A stretch of 64,000 nucleotides of DNA, from NCBI GenBank assembly GCA_963702005.1, contig OY969696.1, positions 2,720,001 to 2,784,000 on the forward strand, given 5' to 3'. Below, piece after piece: positions 60,588 through 64,000 of the stretch. Origin of the DNA: Candidatus Aminicenantes bacterium. Lineage in GTDB: Bacteria > Acidobacteriota > Aminicenantia > Aminicenantales > JAFGBC01. The notes beneath the pieces were generated by a model. That model was not told the origin of the DNA, made no database searches, and worked only from the letters and a program-made list of their open reading frames with translations. Position 1 is the first letter of the stretch. The number at the start of each line of letters is the position of its first letter. Both the position numbers and the translations under genes were made by a program.

Positions 60588-60634
60588 CCTTCCGTTCGGG
60601 TTGGGGGAGTTACAAGGGTGGGGGAGAGGCGCCA

Positions 60635-61546
60635 ATGAACACACGCATCGTCCGCAGGAGGACCCGGAAGTCCAGGCTCAAGGAATCGGTCATCAAGGCC
60701 TTCTTTTTCGCCAATGGGATCATGGCCGTCCTCGTCCTCATCGGAATTTTCGCGCTGCTCGTCCTGACGGCCTTCCCCGCCTTCAAGGAGGTCCGCATCG
60801 GCGAGTTCCTGACCTCGACCCACTGGGATCCGACGTCGCCGGAGAAGGCCGAATACGGGATCCTGTCGATGGTGGCAAGTACCCTATTTGTAACGATCGG
60901 GGCGATGTTCCTCGCCATCCCGGTCGGCTTAGGGGTTGCCGCCTATCTCTCCGATGTCGCCCACTGGCGGGTCCGGGAGATCGTCAAGCCCATCGTCGAG
61001 ATCCTGGCCGGAATCCCCTCGGTCGTCGTCGGATTCCTGGGCATCGTATTATTCGGCCCCCTGATCGCCAAGATCTTCAAGCTCGGCAATGGGCTCAACG
61101 CCCTTAACGGCAGCTTCCTGTTAGCCATCATGGCCCTTCCGACGATCATCAGCCTGTCCGAGGACTCCCTGAACGCGGTCCCGCGTTCCTACACGGAGGC
61201 TTCGCTGGCCTTGGGCGGCTCGCGCTGGCAGACGTTGGTCCGCGTCAAGATCCCGGCGGCCCTGTCCGGCATCATCGCCTCGTTCATGCTCGGACTGGGC
61301 CGGGCCATCGGAGAGACCATGACCGTGCTGATGGCGACCGGGAACGCCCGGTCGTTCCCCCATGGCTTCCTGAGCTCGGTCCGGACCATGACGGCCGGGA
61401 TCGCCATCGAACTCGGGGAGGTCCCGTACTACACGACCCACTACTACGCCTTGTTCGCGATCGGGCTCGTCCTGTTTCTGATGACCTTCCTCGTCAACCT
61501 CGCCGCGGACCTCATCCTCCACAAGTACCAGGAGAGGGAGCAATGA
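60635..61546 (+). CDS. pstC: Phosphate ABC permease PstC
   Basis: LAGIPSVVVG; GRAIGETM. Confidence 0.95.
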   Translation: MNTRIVRRRTRKSRLKESVIKAFFFANGIMAVLVLIGIFALLVLTAFPAFKEVRIGEFLTSTHWDPTSPEKAEYGILSMVASTLFVTIGAMFLAIPVGLGVAAYLSDVAHWRVREIVKPIVEILAGIPSVVVGFLGIVLFGPLIAKIFKLGNGLNALNGSFLLAIMALPTIISLSEDSLNAVPRSYTEASLALGGSRWQTLVRVKIPAALSGIIASFMLGLGRAIGETMTVLMATGNARSFPHGFLSSVRTMTAGIAIELGEVPYYTTHYYALFAIGLVLFLMTFLVNLAADLILHKYQEREQ

Positions 61547-62397
61547 AGAAGAAACGGCTCGCTCAAACGCTAGGGTTTCTCCTTCTCCGCGGCTGCCTCT
61601 ATTTCGTCCTAGCGGTCCTTCTTCTCTTCCTCTACGACATCGGAAAGAAGGGCGGCGGATCCATTTCCTGGGAATTCCTGACCCAGTCGCCGCGCCGGGG
61701 CATGACCCAGGGCGGGATTTTCCCCGCCATCATGGGAACCTTCCTGGTGACGATCGTGACGGCGCTGCTGTCCGTGCCGCTCGGGATGTTCGCCGCGATC
61801 TACCTCAACGAGTACGCCCGACAGACGCGCCTGACCCGGATCATCCGGCTGTCCATCCGGAACTTGGCCGGCGTCCCCTCGATCGTCTACGGCCTCTTCG
61901 GCGTCATCCTCTTCGTCAACATCCTGAGGTTCGGGACCTCGATCCTCTCGGCCGGGCTGACCCTGGGCCTGATGACGCTGCCCTGGACGATCACGGCCAG
62001 CGAGGAAGCCCTCAAGACCGTCCCCAATTCCTATCGGGAGGGCGCGCTGGCTCTGGGGGCTACGAAATGGCAATCGGTCCGGACCAACGTCCTGCCCTAT
62101 GCCGTGCCCGGCATGCTGACCGGGACCGTCCTGGGCCTCGCCCGGGCGGCCGGGGAGACCGCGCCCATTCTGTTCACGGGAGCCGCCTTTTACCTGCCCT
62201 ACCTCCCTAAATCCCTGTCCGACCAGTTCATGGCTCTTCCTTATCATCTCTACATCATGTCGACCCAGCACCATGCCATCGACGCCGTCCGGCCGCTTGC
62301 CTACGGGACGGCCCTGGTCTTGATCGTTCTTGTCCTGGGGATGAACATGGCCGCCGTCGTCGTGCGTTACCGTTTCCGGCGCAAGAAAAGAGACTGA
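61543..62397 (+). CDS. pstA: Phosphate ABC permease PstA
   Basis: [14 protein letters not shown]; ARAAGETAP. Confidence 0.95.
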   Translation: MKKKRLAQTLGFLLLRGCLYFVLAVLLLFLYDIGKKGGGSISWEFLTQSPRRGMTQGGIFPAIMGTFLVTIVTALLSVPLGMFAAIYLNEYARQTRLTRIIRLSIRNLAGVPSIVYGLFGVILFVNILRFGTSILSAGLTLGLMTLPWTITASEEALKTVPNSYREGALALGATKWQSVRTNVLPYAVPGMLTGTVLGLARAAGETAPILFTGAAFYLPYLPKSLSDQFMALPYHLYIMSTQHHAIDAVRPLAYGTALVLIVLVLGMNMAAVVVRYRFRRKKRD

Positions 62398-62399
62398 CC

Positions 62400-63161
62400 A
62401 TGTCCGAACAAGCCAAAATCGAAATCCGCGACCTGAACTTTTATTACGGGTCCAAGCAAGCCCTCAAGATGATCAACCTCGCTTGTCCCGCGAACCGGGT
62501 CACGGCCGTCATCGGGCCGTCCGGCTGCGGAAAGTCGACTTTAATCCGGACCCTGAACCGGATGAACGACGTCATCCCCGGCGTCCGGCTCGAGGGCCGG
62601 ATCCTCCTCGACGGCGAAGATATCAACGTCCCCGAAGTCGACGTCGTCGACCTTCGGCGCCGGGTCGGGATGGTCTTTCAGAAACCGAATCCCTTCCCCA
62701 AGTCCATCTTCGACAACGTCGCCTATGGCCTGCGCATCAACGGCCTTCGGAACCCCCGGAGGATCGAGGAGACCGTCGAAAAGAGCCTGCGCGAGGCGGC
62801 CCTTTGGGACGAGGTCAAGGACAGGCTCCAAGAGAACGCTTTTGCCCTGTCGGGAGGGCAACAGCAGCGGCTGTGCATCGCGCGGGCCCTGGCGGTCGAG
62901 CCCGAGGTCATCCTGTTCGACGAGCCGTGCTCGGCCATCGACCCGATCGCGACGGCCCGGATCGAGGACTTGATTCAGAAGCTGAAAATGAGTTATACAG
63001 TGGTCATCGTGACCCACAACATGCAGCAGGCCGCCCGCGTTTCGGACTTCACCGCATTCATGATGCTGGGCGATCTTATCGAGTTCGACCGGACCGACAA
63101 GATCTTCACGAATCCGGCCAACAAGCTGACCGAGGACTACATCACGGGCCGCTTCGGATGA
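62400..63161 (+). CDS. pstB: Phosphate ABC ATPase PstB
   Basis: GPSGCGKST; FQKPNPFP; LSGGQQQR; YITGRFG. Confidence 0.97.
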   Translation: MSEQAKIEIRDLNFYYGSKQALKMINLACPANRVTAVIGPSGCGKSTLIRTLNRMNDVIPGVRLEGRILLDGEDINVPEVDVVDLRRRVGMVFQKPNPFPKSIFDNVAYGLRINGLRNPRRIEETVEKSLREAALWDEVKDRLQENAFALSGGQQQRLCIARALAVEPEVILFDEPCSAIDPIATARIEDLIQKLKMSYTVVIVTHNMQQAARVSDFTAFMMLGDLIEFDRTDKIFTNPANKLTEDYITGRFG

Positions 63162-63203
63162 TGGGGAGAGGCCCCGCGCCGGAGCACGGCGGGAGAGGAC
63201 ACC

Positions 63204-63881
63204 ATGGAACGACACTTCGACGAGGAACTCAAAAATCTCAAGGAGAAGCTCCTCCGGATGGCCGGATTGGCAGAGGATTCGATCGCCAAGGCCGTCAGGG
63301 CCCTCAAGGAGCGCGACGAGGCCCTCATCCGCCAGGTCTTTGAACAGGAAGAGAAGACGAACCTCATCGAGATCGAGATCGACGAGATCTGTCTACGTCT
63401 GTTGGCTCTCCGCCAGCCGATGGCCGGAGACCTTCGCTTCATCACCTCGGCCATGAAGATCGGGAGCGAGCTGGAGCGAATCGGCGACCAGGCCGTCAAC
63501 ATCGCCGAGCGGACGGACGAACTCCTCAAAGTCCCCCAGCTTAAGCCCCTCCTCGACATCCCCCGGATGGCCGGCCTGGCCCAGGCCATGGTCGTGGACT
63601 CCATCAACGCCTTCGTCAACCGCGACGCCGATCTGGCCCGCCGCATTTGCGCGCGGGACGACGAAGTCGACCAGATCAACCATCAGATCTTTCGCGAGCT
63701 CCTGACCTACATGATGGAGGACCAGGCAACCATTCCCCGGGCCGTCGATCTCATCCTGATCGGCCGGCATCTGGAACGGATCGCGGACCACGCCACGAAC
63801 ATCAGCGAAGATGTCATCTACCTCGTCAAGGGGAAGTCCATCAAGCACCACATCGAGGAGCGGGGCTGTAAAACCCCTTAG
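63204..63881 (+). CDS. phoU: Phosphate signalling protein PhoU
   Basis: QPMAGDLR; ELERIGD; LERIADHATNI. Confidence 0.96.
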   Translation: MERHFDEELKNLKEKLLRMAGLAEDSIAKAVRALKERDEALIRQVFEQEEKTNLIEIEIDEICLRLLALRQPMAGDLRFITSAMKIGSELERIGDQAVNIAERTDELLKVPQLKPLLDIPRMAGLAQAMVVDSINAFVNRDADLARRICARDDEVDQINHQIFRELLTYMMEDQATIPRAVDLILIGRHLERIADHATNISEDVIYLVKGKSIKHHIEERGCKTP

Positions 63882-64000
63882 ATCGATGCCCCGCCCGGCC
63901 GGCCCTGGGGGGGAGAGGCCGCCGCTACCTTTTCGGCAGACGGACTTCGACGCCCGGGATAGCCTTAAGAAGGGGGACGACCCTGGCCAGCGTGTCGTCG

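Noticed and set aside
63926-64000. 3' end of a minus-strand gene at the window edge
   Set aside because: Only about 24 codons are visible, too little to assign.

Overview
GC-rich bacterial chromosome segment from a diderm, probably anaerobic organism (Skp, TonB-dependent receptor, HspR-regulated dnaK; taxonomy cannot be fixed from this window). Main accessory block: tRNA-Arg(ACG) at 3218-3291 carries two tandem integrated elements bounded by three copies of the tRNA 3' end (3247, 16161, 18147). Element 1 (~12.9 kb) looks like a phage satellite. It has a tyrosine integrase, Xis/AlpA-like HTHs, a helicase with an iteron origin, TerS-like, TerL, RusA and a tape-measure-like protein, but no recognisable capsid, portal or tail-tube gene. 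Element 2 (~2 kb) has no integrase, keeps att arms with matching geometry, and carries two duplicated signal-peptide-bearing tail-collar/fibre-tip genes with divergent tips. Elsewhere: a tRNA-Asn(GTT) split inside the anticodon by a 261-nt group I intron; a three-paralogue AlkP/NPP operon with a DUF106/EMC3-like membrane protein; nuoA-I without nuoJ-N; a lipoprotein plus L,D-transpeptidase cluster; dnaK-dnaJ-hspR-sigma-DnaC-like genes; pcnB; and a porin-pstSCAB-phoU operon. lpdA and nuoI each show a single-base frameshift. All protein assignments are by-eye motif recognition; no database searches were run.
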